The position numbers were made by a program, and so were the translations under genes. Shown here piece by piece: positions 48,098 to 56,958 of a DNA stretch of 64,000 bases (position 1 is the first letter of the stretch; the number at the start of each line of letters is the position of its first letter). The notes beneath the pieces were generated by a model. The model worked only from the letters and a program-made list of their open reading frames with translations. It did no database searches and was not told the origin of the DNA. This DNA comes from an uncultured Pseudobdellovibrionaceae bacterium (lineage in GTDB: Bacteria; Bdellovibrionota; FAC87; UBA2466), in NCBI GenBank assembly GCA_964604555.1, contig CAZRZK010000011.1, forward strand, positions 14,732-78,731. The letters run 5' to 3'.

Positions 48098-50011
48098 ATG
48101 GACAAATTATTTTTCCTATGGATTTTCCTCTTCCAGTCCTATTTGCAGGCCGTTCCCAGTGTCCGGGTGATCCCGGATCAGCTTTATTTTAAGACTCTCC
48201 AGAGCGAGTTAGCTAAGGCTAAATCCAGCATTCATATTTTGCAGTTTTCTTTCGCGATATCCGATGATGAGGGGAATTTTTTTAAAGATTCGGATCCCTA
48301 TAAAATCGCTGAACAACTCGTTCAACTCAAAAAGAAAAATCCAAAACTTCAAGTCCAGCTCTATATCGAAGGGGAAAGGGACACCGCCATTAGAAATAAG
48401 ATCACGGCAGCCTTTCTTGCAGAAAATGGCATCGATGTAAAAGAAGGGAAGACCCACGCCAAAGGGTTTGCGATTGATGACCAGACTTTATTGTTAGGTT
48501 CTACCAATCTCACTACCCAATCCCTACGTTATAACAATGAAACCAATCTCCTCCTTCATGAACATCCCCAAATTGTAAAAGGCTTCAATCAATACTTTGA
48601 TCTCCTTTGGAAAAATAAAGAAAGAAAGCCTGGAGCATATCCCGAACAACCGGTTGAAGGGATTCAGCTTTTGGCCGATGGGGTCTACAAGCAAAAATTA
48701 TTGGCGTTGATTGGAAAAGCGGAAAAGACGATCGATTTTTCTATCTATTATTTCCACGAAGCCGATATTGAGAAAGCCCTCATTGAAGCCCATAAAAGAG
48801 GGGTTAAGATCCGGGGTTATCTGAATCAACATAAATCTTTCGGTTTAGAATTGGTGGAGCGGAACAAGAAAACGATGAAGCGACTGCATGAAGCGGGAGT
48901 GAAAGAGGTTTATTTGGATCTCGATACCTTTTTCTCCCATTCGAAATATCTAATCGTCGACGGGAATACCATTCTGTTGGGAACTGGCAATTGGAATCGT
49001 TCCGATGTGGAAGAACATCCTCAGCTTTATCTACAGGTAGAAAATCCGGCCCTTTCCGACTCCCTCTCCCGCCATTTGAGCCATCAAATTGCTTATGAAT
49101 CGGCACGCCCCATTCCTGAAAAACCCTATTTCCGATTTTGGATTGGATATAAGCGTGCTGATCTAGAATTGGAAAAATTTGATGAAGTGATCCGGGATGT
49201 CTTTGTAAGATCTACGATTAAAACAGGGGAATGTGGTGGATTGCAGGGCTACTTTCCCGTGTTACTAGCAAAACCTCAAAAGAAGAGCACGATCCCAGAT
49301 GAGATCGCCCTCATCCCCTATCAAGATGAGCCCACCTATCGCGCGATTCGAGAAGGCTCAGTGGGATCAGTGTACGGTCCGCTTCATTTCGATTATTTCG
49401 ATCGTGCGACTTCCAAAAGCGCAGTTCCCGTGGCTTATGCGGGCAAGGTAGAAGTGGGGAATGCTTATGATTTGAGCGCTGAAAAGGTTTTCTGGCAAAA
49501 GGGGGAAACGCTCTTTTCTTTTTCTCCTGGCACAGGGAACGAAGTTATTTCCGGGTCAGTACAAAAGTACCTCGATCAACTCAATGAAAACCGTTCAAAG
49601 CTTGGAATCGATGGTTATGTGGTTTTGGTCGGGAAAGATTTTTTAGTTGAGTACTTCCATCGTCAAACAGCATGGACCGCAGGTGAATGGAAGAAAGTGG
49701 CTGAAATAAAGAATAAGGCTATGGATAAATCTTATGCTTCACCCAGCCATGTGGAGGTTGCTGATTCAACTGGCTATGAAGGAAACGGGATTACCCGTCC
49801 TGAAAAATTTCCTTGGAGCTCGTTTGAAGGAAAGAAGGGAGCGGGAGTGATTAATTCTCAATTTAATCCCGCGGTCCAATCGAAACTATTTTTGGGGAAT
49901 TCGCTAGCCTCATTTGAGAGGACGTCTGAGGAGCAGGCTAAATTGCTAAAAGAAATTAAAGAGGCTTTTATACAGAATAAACCGATTCCGGGGAGCTGTC
50001 GGTCACAATAA
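48098..50011 (+). CDS. secreted phospholipase D-superfamily protein (two HKD motifs) with ~300-aa C-terminal extension
   Basis: Signal peptide. HKD1 is HAKGFAIDDQTLLLGSTN and HKD2 is HSKYLIVDGNTILLGTGN. Confidence 0.65.
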   Translation: MDKLFFLWIFLFQSYLQAVPSVRVIPDQLYFKTLQSELAKAKSSIHILQFSFAISDDEGNFFKDSDPYKIAEQLVQLKKKNPKLQVQLYIEGERDTAIRNKITAAFLAENGIDVKEGKTHAKGFAIDDQTLLLGSTNLTTQSLRYNNETNLLLHEHPQIVKGFNQYFDLLWKNKERKPGAYPEQPVEGIQLLADGVYKQKLLALIGKAEKTIDFSIYYFHEADIEKALIEAHKRGVKIRGYLNQHKSFGLELVERNKKTMKRLHEAGVKEVYLDLDTFFSHSKYLIVDGNTILLGTGNWNRSDVEEHPQLYLQVENPALSDSLSRHLSHQIAYESARPIPEKPYFRFWIGYKRADLELEKFDEVIRDVFVRSTIKTGECGGLQGYFPVLLAKPQKKSTIPDEIALIPYQDEPTYRAIREGSVGSVYGPLHFDYFDRATSKSAVPVAYAGKVEVGNAYDLSAEKVFWQKGETLFSFSPGTGNEVISGSVQKYLDQLNENRSKLGIDGYVVLVGKDFLVEYFHRQTAWTAGEWKKVAEIKNKAMDKSYASPSHVEVADSTGYEGNGITRPEKFPWSSFEGKKGAGVINSQFNPAVQSKLFLGNSLASFERTSEEQAKLLKEIKEAFIQNKPIPGSCRSQ

Positions 50012-50017
50012 GACAAC

Positions 50018-50347
50018 TTACATCATATCGTCGTCGTCATACTTCTTCTGGCCGTGGAGGGCTTCGATCCCTTTTTTGGCCCCTTCGGTTACCCGTTTGA
50101 GTTCCGATTCGTAGGCTTGGAGTACCTTTTTCTCGAGACCATTCCGCATTTCACTGTTTAAAGGATGAGCGATGTCCCGGAAGGTACCATCTTTACGCTT
50201 TTTGCTAGGCATTGCGACAAATAGACCGGTGTTGCCATTGATGATTTTAAGGTCCCGAATGACAAAGCAGTTATCGAAGGTAATGGTGACATAAGCCTTC
50301 AATTTTTCTTCGTTTACGGGAAACACTTTTACTTCGGTGATTTCCAT
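50018..50347 (-). CDS. spoVG: SpoVG-family regulator
   Basis: MEITEVKVFPVNEEKLKAYVTITFDNCFVIRDLKIINGNTGLFVAMPS is highly conserved SpoVG sequence. Confidence 0.85.
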   Translation of the reverse strand: MEITEVKVFPVNEEKLKAYVTITFDNCFVIRDLKIINGNTGLFVAMPSKKRKDGTFRDIAHPLNSEMRNGLEKKVLQAYESELKRVTEGAKKGIEALHGQKKYDDDDMM

Positions 50348-50373
50348 TGCTGCTCTCCTTGTCAGAGCACTCT

Positions 50374-51225
50374 TCAGGCAGAAATATGCGTCGCTGCTAG
50401 AACGCTCTTACAGCCTCTGGATCGGAAGGATTCAGAGAATACTTGAGAGATTTCTTCACATTTTGCGGCATCCCTGAACGCGGCAAAACAGACCGAGCCA
50501 CTGCCTGTTATAGAGCAGTAATCTGGCGAGGTTGAACGCAGCATGTCTAAGATCGATTTGAGCTCGGGGTAAAGTTGAATGGCGGCCGGTTCTAAAGAGT
50601 TTTGGAGGCCTGTGAGAGAGGAAGCATCCAGTTTTGGTGCAAAAGGCATCTGGAGTTCCCGAAACACTTTAAATACCTCTGCGGTCCACAAAGGTTTGGG
50701 GGGGATTACTAAATAAAAAAATAAGGGGGTTGGATTTACTAAAGGCATTCGATGTTCACCTATTCCCGAAACAAAACTAGGAACCGGGTTTAAAAAGAAC
50801 GGCACATCGGCCCCCAATTTAGAGGCTTCAACGCTGTCATATTGAGGTCGGAAGTGAGAAAGCAGAGTTCCCGCATTTGAAGAGCCTCCTCCTAAGCCGG
50901 CCCCAACCGGGATTCTTTTCTGGATCTCAATCGCGAACCCGTTCATATTTAGCAATTCGAGTGTTTTATAAGCGATATTTTCCGATTGCTGCGGCAGCGA
51001 ACTTCCATTTTCGGAGGAGTCTGCCCAACGGCAGGTGACCCAGTTGGATTGGGTTTCATTTTTTTTGACGAGAATCTGATCGTAAAGAGTAATAGGCCAG
51101 AAGAGACTCTCCAATTCGTGAAAACCATTTTCACGACGACCCACCACATGGAGTCCCAGATTCAATTTAGCGGGCGATTTAAGGGTGTTATTCCCTCGAC
51201 AGTTGTCTGACAAACAATCGGACAT
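50374..51225 (-). CDS. ispE: 4-diphosphocytidyl-2-C-methyl-D-erythritol kinase
   Basis: GHMP kinase motif PVGAGLGGGSSNA and the AKLNLGLHV N-terminus. Confidence 0.8.
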   Translation of the reverse strand: MSDCLSDNCRGNNTLKSPAKLNLGLHVVGRRENGFHELESLFWPITLYDQILVKKNETQSNWVTCRWADSSENGSSLPQQSENIAYKTLELLNMNGFAIEIQKRIPVGAGLGGGSSNAGTLLSHFRPQYDSVEASKLGADVPFFLNPVPSFVSGIGEHRMPLVNPTPLFFYLVIPPKPLWTAEVFKVFRELQMPFAPKLDASSLTGLQNSLEPAAIQLYPELKSILDMLRSTSPDYCSITGSGSVCFAAFRDAAKCEEISQVFSESFRSRGCKSVLAATHISA

Positions 51226-51491
51226 TAATTTCTCAACGATTTCAAATTATTACTTTGCTATATCACATCCGTTTACAGGGTGGCTACCTACTGTGTAGAC
51301 GATTTCGGCTAAAAAGGGTGCCTGTCACGTCAAAAAAAATCAATAAAATCAACGGGATAAAAATAGTCATTTCCTGAAAGTCGGCATGAATTGTGAAGAT
51401 AATGGAGGAGCACCTTTCATTTAAGAGAGTATTCCAATGGAATCTCACGGGAAAGAGTGCCGCTTAGAAATGGGATTTTGGGTAAAACGGG

Positions 51492-51776
51492 ATGAGAAAT
51501 CGGTTGCAATATTTATATAGCATGGGGGTTTTAGTAGGGGTCATCGTGACCTCCTATCTCACCATGAATCAAGACAACAGCATGCGCTTGCAAGTGCCCG
51601 CTCAAACCAGCGTTTATCGCGTGGAAGCCGGTCTGGCCGATGCTCCCGTCAATCAATTGCTCCAATTTGGTACACAGTTGGATCCCAAAAAGCAGATGAC
51701 TCCAGTGGCCCCCCAGAACCGCGAAATGGGATCCGTTCCCGCGAAAGACAGAAATACTTTCCCAACTCTCCGTTAA
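51492..51776 (+). CDS. hypothetical small membrane-anchored protein
   Basis: 94 aa with an N-terminal TM segment and no recognisable motifs. Confidence 0.25.
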   Translation: MRNRLQYLYSMGVLVGVIVTSYLTMNQDNSMRLQVPAQTSVYRVEAGLADAPVNQLLQFGTQLDPKKQMTPVAPQNREMGSVPAKDRNTFPTLR

Positions 51777-51793
51777 GATGTAATCCTTTCAGT

Positions 51794-52534
51794 GTGAATC
51801 GCTTAATTGTATCGGATGTGCACTTGCGTGCTGTAGGGGACAAACGCACCCTCCGTTTTATGCAGTTTCTGAAAGAGGAATCAGCTCGCTTTGAAGCGAT
51901 TTACATTTTAGGAGACCTTTTTGATGCTTGGCCGGGCACCAATGCCCTATTGATAGAGAAATATTCTCCCATTCTGGAAATGCTTGCCGATCTTGTCAGG
52001 GACGGGAAGCGAGTCTATTACATTGAAGGGAACCACGATTTTCACTTAGGAAAATATTTTTCAGAAAAGATGGGAGTCCAAGTCTATCCCAACCATTTAG
52101 AGGAAGATTGGGAAGGACGAAAAGTTTACTTAGCCCATGGTGATTTAGGAAATCCGAATGACAAAGGTTATCGCATTTTGCGTTATGTCCTGCGCCATCC
52201 CATCCTCCACTTTCTTTTAAGAACCATCCCACCTTCTTGGATCGATCAAATTGCCACTCGTTTTTCTGCTTTCAGTCGGGATTATAAAAAATCCAACCAT
52301 GAAAAAAAGACGGTCGAAAATGAAGTAAAGATGGTTTATCGAAAGACGGCGACCGAATTTTTCAAAAAAGGCTATGACGTCGTTATGTTTGGGCACACCC
52401 ATTATCCGGATCAACTCGAATTAGAGCACGAAGGCCGCACCTGCCAATATTTTAATACCGGGGATTGGCTTCACAATTTTACTTACCTTGAGTTTGAGGG
52501 AAGCAAGTTTTATACTAAAGTTCATTCTATATAA
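51794..52534 (+). CDS. lpxH: UDP-2,3-diacylglucosamine hydrolase-like metallophosphoesterase
   Basis: Motifs DVHL, YILGDLFDAW, GNHDF, HGD and GHTH match LpxH family spacing. Confidence 0.75.
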   Translation: MNRLIVSDVHLRAVGDKRTLRFMQFLKEESARFEAIYILGDLFDAWPGTNALLIEKYSPILEMLADLVRDGKRVYYIEGNHDFHLGKYFSEKMGVQVYPNHLEEDWEGRKVYLAHGDLGNPNDKGYRILRYVLRHPILHFLLRTIPPSWIDQIATRFSAFSRDYKKSNHEKKTVENEVKMVYRKTATEFFKKGYDVVMFGHTHYPDQLELEHEGRTCQYFNTGDWLHNFTYLEFEGSKFYTKVHSI

Positions 52535-52540
52535 GGGCGA

Positions 52541-53632
52541 ATGAACTCTCCAATCCATTATCAATTCAGTGAAGTTCCGCAGCCGGTGTGGGCTTCTCAA
52601 CTGGCAGAGATCAAAAAGTCGGGTCAGGATCGAATCCAGAGTTTCCTGTTGTGGGGAAATCATTCTCGAGAACCAGGCCAATTCGATTTTTCCAAATCTC
52701 CTAAAGCCCGGATCGAGGCCTTTTTTAAAGAATGCCAAGATCAGGGGCTTGAACTGGATTTGTGGGTTGGTTTTCCAGCAGGGGATCAACCGATTCTGCC
52801 CCGTTGGTTTGAAAATGCGACGCAGGGTCTTTTCCATGAAAAGATTTTAGACTCAACTCATACACCCTTTGTTTTAAGGTCTTACCCTTCCCCTTTTTCT
52901 TTCGCGGTCTATGAAGGATTTACCCGCTTTGTGCAGGAGATTTCTGATATTGTCCGGCTTCACCTTTCCCCGGGAGGTGCGGTTCGTTCCTTGAAGTTTT
53001 TTCCGGGACTCATGCGGGTGGATCAAAACTGCTTGAATGCCCTTGAGCTTTTTAAAGAGCCCCTGAAGCAGCGGTACAGTCATGTTGATGAGGTGAATCT
53101 ACTTTATCAAACCTCTTTTCGTGAAGTGATCGATGCCTTCAAGCCGACCGGATTTTCGACCCTGCTCAACAAACGCCCTCTTCTCGCCACGTTTGATTAT
53201 CAATTCTTAAGAGATCGGCAGATCTCTCTTTTTGAAATGGGATTAAAACCATTTTTATTAGAAGTAAAAGATTTTGCAGGATGGCTGCCTGAAAATGAAG
53301 CACCCAAACGATTGACCTATTACGATTCGATAGCTGTGGAAACCGACGGGAACCAGTTTCTCCCTTGCCTCCCTTTCGGCCATCAAAACAAGGAGCTGGC
53401 GGAGCACTTCAATTCCTTTTCTCAGGTGAGTATCAACTCCGAAATTCGACATTTGCGGGAAGTCGATAAAATGACGACTGAGCGAGGAATGTCCAAGGTC
53501 TATTGTGCCAAGATCATGTCTTTAGAAAACTACGCTCGTCTTAAAAAATTGAAACAACTCCATTGGGAGCTGGAATTTATTCCGGCACCGCCTAAATACG
53601 ATGAGTGGCTCCGTCCACTGAATAAAATTTGA
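52541..53632 (+). CDS. hypothetical cytoplasmic protein, glycoside-hydrolase (GH42/GH35-like TIM barrel) resemblance
   Basis: The N-terminal region IKKSGQDRIQSFLLWGNHSREPGQFDFSK...GLELDLWVGF resembles the N-terminus of GH42-type beta-galactosidases. There is no signal peptide. Confidence 0.3.
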   Translation: MNSPIHYQFSEVPQPVWASQLAEIKKSGQDRIQSFLLWGNHSREPGQFDFSKSPKARIEAFFKECQDQGLELDLWVGFPAGDQPILPRWFENATQGLFHEKILDSTHTPFVLRSYPSPFSFAVYEGFTRFVQEISDIVRLHLSPGGAVRSLKFFPGLMRVDQNCLNALELFKEPLKQRYSHVDEVNLLYQTSFREVIDAFKPTGFSTLLNKRPLLATFDYQFLRDRQISLFEMGLKPFLLEVKDFAGWLPENEAPKRLTYYDSIAVETDGNQFLPCLPFGHQNKELAEHFNSFSQVSINSEIRHLREVDKMTTERGMSKVYCAKIMSLENYARLKKLKQLHWELEFIPAPPKYDEWLRPLNKI

Positions 53633-53647
53633 GTCCTTTTCCCCTTT

Positions 53648-54409
53648 GTGTTACCCCTCCTTTTTATGTGTCGATTTGCGTTGTTGTTGCTGTTGTGGGC
53701 AGGGGAATCTGGCTGGGCAATGCAGAGATTTCCTTGTGGGGTACTAGTCCAAACAAGCCTCCGTTCAGGGACTGGCGTTTCCGGAAGCCAAGTCATTTTT
53801 CCTAAAGATGGAACCGCTCAAAACCAGTTAAAAGCCTGGGCACGCTGGTATGAGTTTTTTTCCTTTGATGCGGAAATTCAGTGGCAAGCAGATGGGGAAA
53901 TAAAAAACATCAAGGGGCGTCCTGCCATTGTATCCCAACTCCAAATTAGAACCACAACCCAGCCGAGTGGGGTTCATGTACAGCAATCATTTGTGGCAGA
54001 GGTTCTCCAAGTCACGCAAGGCTCCGAAAAGACCTACATCTCCCTTTCCCATGTCCAGAAAATTGGTTTTGCGTATCCCATCCATCCCGTTTCGGTAATC
54101 TATGATTCTCGTCATCCGAACACTACCGGGTTAACCTATTACCGGTTGATGGAAGAGTGGTTCATTCCAAAGCACTGCTTGCTTTCCGATACAAAAAACC
54201 TGCCGGAATCAAAGCAGTTAGAGGCCCAACGGTTTGTTTATAGTTATAACGGCGTATTGTTTAAGGGAGTTATCTATATTGATAAAACCTCAGAGACGGA
54301 TCCCAACCGTCGTCAGATTAAGGCCATTGTTTTTGATACCGAAGCGGACCGTCAGCGCTTTGAAGACTTCATAGGAACCGGCCTCTATCAGCGCCACTTT
54401 AGGGATTAA
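53648..54409 (+). CDS. hypothetical secreted protein
   Basis: Signal peptide (MLPLLFMCRFALLLLLWAGESGWA), no recognisable domain. Confidence 0.3.
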   Translation: MLPLLFMCRFALLLLLWAGESGWAMQRFPCGVLVQTSLRSGTGVSGSQVIFPKDGTAQNQLKAWARWYEFFSFDAEIQWQADGEIKNIKGRPAIVSQLQIRTTTQPSGVHVQQSFVAEVLQVTQGSEKTYISLSHVQKIGFAYPIHPVSVIYDSRHPNTTGLTYYRLMEEWFIPKHCLLSDTKNLPESKQLEAQRFVYSYNGVLFKGVIYIDKTSETDPNRRQIKAIVFDTEADRQRFEDFIGTGLYQRHFRD

Positions 54410-54523
54410 AACCTTTCCAATATTCCTCTTCTGGGGTATGCATGGGGGTTCCTTGCTCCAGGATTATAGGGGCCTTTTAGGAGCCCGGTGCGGGTTTTCC
54501 TAGCTGACCGAAAGGAGAAAAAA

Positions 54524-54988
54524 TTGCAAAAAGCATCTCAAAACACGTACGAAACCTATTATATTTTAAAGCCCGGAATGACCGAGGCCGATCTCACCGC
54601 CATTCACGATAAGGTGGATACCGTTATCTCTAAATTCCAGGGGAAACTGGTGAATCGGGACAATTGGGGCGTAAGAGAGCTTGCCTATCCGATTGAAAAA
54701 CAGACCAATGGAAATGTGAGTATCGCCGTTTACACCGGAAATGCAGGAGTGGTCGAAGAAATTGAACGCCATTTTCGCATTTTGGACGATGTTATGCGCT
54801 TTCTAACGGTGCGGGTGCCTGCCGACTATGACTACGAAAAGGTCAAAAAACAGATAACCCAATCGGAAGAAGAAGTGAAACATGCCAGAGAGCAGCGAAA
54901 AAAAGGTGAGGGTGGTTTCGGCGGTGGCTTTGGTGGGGGCGGACGCGGAGACGGCGGTGGCCGTCCGCAAAGAGAGTATCGCGAATAG
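54524..54988 (+). CDS. rpsF: 30S ribosomal protein S6 with Gly-rich C-terminal tail
   Basis: YETYYILKPGM...NRDNWGVRELAYPIEK matches the S6 fold. A likely TTG start at 54524 follows the RBS aaaggag. The C-terminal tail is GGFGGGFGGGGRGDGGGR. Confidence 0.75.
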   Translation: MQKASQNTYETYYILKPGMTEADLTAIHDKVDTVISKFQGKLVNRDNWGVRELAYPIEKQTNGNVSIAVYTGNAGVVEEIERHFRILDDVMRFLTVRVPADYDYEKVKKQITQSEEEVKHAREQRKKGEGGFGGGFGGGGRGDGGGRPQREYRE

Positions 54989-55277
54989 TGTCGAGCTTCG
55001 GGGTCGTATCTCTAAGGTAGAGCGGTTACGCTACCTACCTTCCGGGGAAGCGGTCTTGGAGCTGTTACTTGAAGTAAAACAGGAACAGGCAACTCGAGTG
55101 GGTGCGGTTCCCGTCCTCTGCTTAGGGCCGGTAGCTGAAGGGCTCAGCGGAACTCTCCGGATAGGAAAAGAGATCTCTGTCCGAGGGGAATTATGGAGCC
55201 GGGAATTTCGAACCCCTAGAGGGAAACGAAATTTTGAAATGAAGGTTTTAGTAAGGAGAATCGATGAAACGAAATGA
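54957..55277 (+). CDS. priB: primosomal replication protein N / SSB-fold protein
   Basis: OB-fold pattern (VELRGRISKVERLRYLPSGEAVLELLLEV...). It is positioned between rpsF and rpsR as in proteobacterial operons. A likely GTG start at 54957 overlaps the rpsF end. Confidence 0.5.
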   Translation: MAVRKESIANSVELRGRISKVERLRYLPSGEAVLELLLEVKQEQATRVGAVPVLCLGPVAEGLSGTLRIGKEISVRGELWSREFRTPRGKRNFEMKVLVRRIDETK

Positions 55278-55548
55278 CAAAAATAACGAAGATAAGGGTA
55301 ATAAAGGCGAAGATCGCGGTGGAAATCGGGGCTTTCAAAAACGGCGCGGGTGTCGTTTCTGTATCGAGCCTGGCTTAGTAATAGACTATAAGGATAAATA
55401 TCTGCTTCAGAATTTTGTTTCGGAGCGGTTTAAGATCACCCCTCGTCGGGTTTCTGGATTGTGTGCGTCCCATCAGCGTGGACTGACCAATGCCATTAAG
55501 AAATCTCGTCATGTGGCTGTTTTGTCATACAGCACTGCCCAAGTTTAA
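55264..55548 (+). CDS. rpsR: 30S ribosomal protein S18
   Basis: Conserved core CRFCIEPGLVIDYKDKYLLQNFVSERFKITPRRVSGLCASHQRGLTNAIKKSRHVAVL. Confidence 0.85.
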   Translation: MKRNDKNNEDKGNKGEDRGGNRGFQKRRGCRFCIEPGLVIDYKDKYLLQNFVSERFKITPRRVSGLCASHQRGLTNAIKKSRHVAVLSYSTAQV

Positions 55549-55558
55549 TTAGGTACCG

Positions 55559-56467
55559 ATGCGAGTGATTAACGACAAAGAGGAGAAGAGCCAGGTCGCT
55601 CCTTTAGACCTGTCGAAACTGATTCTAAACAGCTTGCTGTGTGGAATTGCCTTCTCCGGTTTTGTCTTTGCTCCACTCCCTATTATTTTAACGACACGAG
55701 ATTCGGAAGGGGTTTGGGCGAAAGTAATCCCGGTATTGGGAGCGGTCCTTGCCATTTTGCTCTTTGAAGCGCCTGCTCCTGTCGTGGTCTTATCCTTTAT
55801 TTATGGAATGTTTGTGGCTGATGCCGTCGAGCGTTCCATTGGATTGTGGTCTCTCCTTGGACAGGTGACTATTCTGGTTCTTTCGATTTTGGGGGCAGTT
55901 CTAGGCCTCACCGCTTTTTTTGAAAAGGTCCATCCCATGCAGGTATGGCACAACCAGATCGATTCTCTGGTTGGATATCTTAAGAGTGGAAGCGGCGAAG
56001 GAGTGCTCTTAGTTGATTGGCAAAAATTTGCCGAACTCATTAAAGTAGAAGGAATGGGATTGATCCTTGCAGGAATCCTCCTTGCAACCTGGATTTCTAT
56101 TGGATTTGCGGCACACCTTAAGTGGGTAGACGGGAAAAACCTGTTTTCGGCAGAGAATCTGCGCCGTGTACGATTGCCTAAGTTTATCGCTCCTACCTTT
56201 ATTTTGTGCATTGGGTTTTCCCTTCTTGAAATCCCCTTTGGAGGGGTGGCGGTGATTCGGCCCTTGCAGCGAATTGTAGGGGTATTGCTGTTTATTCAAG
56301 GCGGGATCCACCTCTCGGAGATTTTGGAATACCGTAAAGTGAAGTCCTGGATCCGCACCTTGGTGTTCATGGTTTCGGTGACTTTGGGTTTTTATGTTTT
56401 GATTGGGATGGGGATGATGACCCCGTTTTTGGAAAAAAGGAGAAGAGATGAAAGTTATTCTACGTGA
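55559..56467 (+). CDS. polytopic membrane protein (DUF2232/YybS-like) inserted between rpsR and rplI
   Basis: About 8 TM helices. It occupies the position that YybS holds in Firmicute rpsR...rplI operons. Confidence 0.4.
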   Translation: MRVINDKEEKSQVAPLDLSKLILNSLLCGIAFSGFVFAPLPIILTTRDSEGVWAKVIPVLGAVLAILLFEAPAPVVVLSFIYGMFVADAVERSIGLWSLLGQVTILVLSILGAVLGLTAFFEKVHPMQVWHNQIDSLVGYLKSGSGEGVLLVDWQKFAELIKVEGMGLILAGILLATWISIGFAAHLKWVDGKNLFSAENLRRVRLPKFIAPTFILCIGFSLLEIPFGGVAVIRPLQRIVGVLLFIQGGIHLSEILEYRKVKSWIRTLVFMVSVTLGFYVLIGMGMMTPFLEKRRRDESYST

Positions 56468-56891
56468 AGATGTGGAACATTTGGGATTAGCCGGCACCGT
56501 GGTGAATGTGAAGGATGGATTTGCGAGAAACTATCTTTTGCCACGTAGCTTTGCCGTTCCGGCAACAGGGAACAACATCAAGGCTTTCGAACATGAGCAG
56601 CGTCTCGCTGAATCGAAGCGGGAAAAGCGGATTAAAGAGGCTGAAGGGCTGAAAGTGAAGCTTGAAAAGGTTTCTATCTCCATCTCTAAAAAGGTGGGCG
56701 AGCAGGACAAGCTTTTTGGTTCTGTGACAACTCAAGAGATTGAAAAGGCTTTTGCCGCAGAAGGGTTCAATGTTGATAAGAAGGATATCCTTCTCCCTGA
56801 GCCGATTAAAACTCTGGGCGTCTTTACCGTGCCCATTCGCGTTTTAGAAGATGTGGTCGCGAACACCAAAGTTTGGGTCGTTAAAGAATAA
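56448..56891 (+). CDS. rplI: 50S ribosomal protein L9
   Basis: MKVILREDVEHLGLAGTVVNVKDGFARNYLLP N-domain and a C-terminal domain. Confidence 0.85.
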   Translation: MKVILREDVEHLGLAGTVVNVKDGFARNYLLPRSFAVPATGNNIKAFEHEQRLAESKREKRIKEAEGLKVKLEKVSISISKKVGEQDKLFGSVTTQEIEKAFAAEGFNVDKKDILLPEPIKTLGVFTVPIRVLEDVVANTKVWVVKE

Positions 56892-56892
56892 G

Positions 56893-56958
56893 GTAGCTTC
56901 GCCCGGCTCCGCCGGGCGCAATGAAAGGTTGCTTCGGCCTTCGGCCTCGCAATGACGG
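56893..56958 (-). repeat. two tandem REP-like hairpin units (reverse orientation) after rplI
   Basis: Reverse complement reads GCCGTCATTGCGAGGCCGAAGGCCGAAGCAACC + TTTCATTGCGCCCGGCGGAGCCGGGCGAAGCTAC. They sit between convergent gene ends. Confidence 0.55.

Noticed and set aside
54488-54523. GTG start of rpsF at 54488 as given by the ORF track
   Set aside because: There is no RBS there. A TTG at 54524 is preceded by aaaggag with ideal spacing and gives a standard-length S6.
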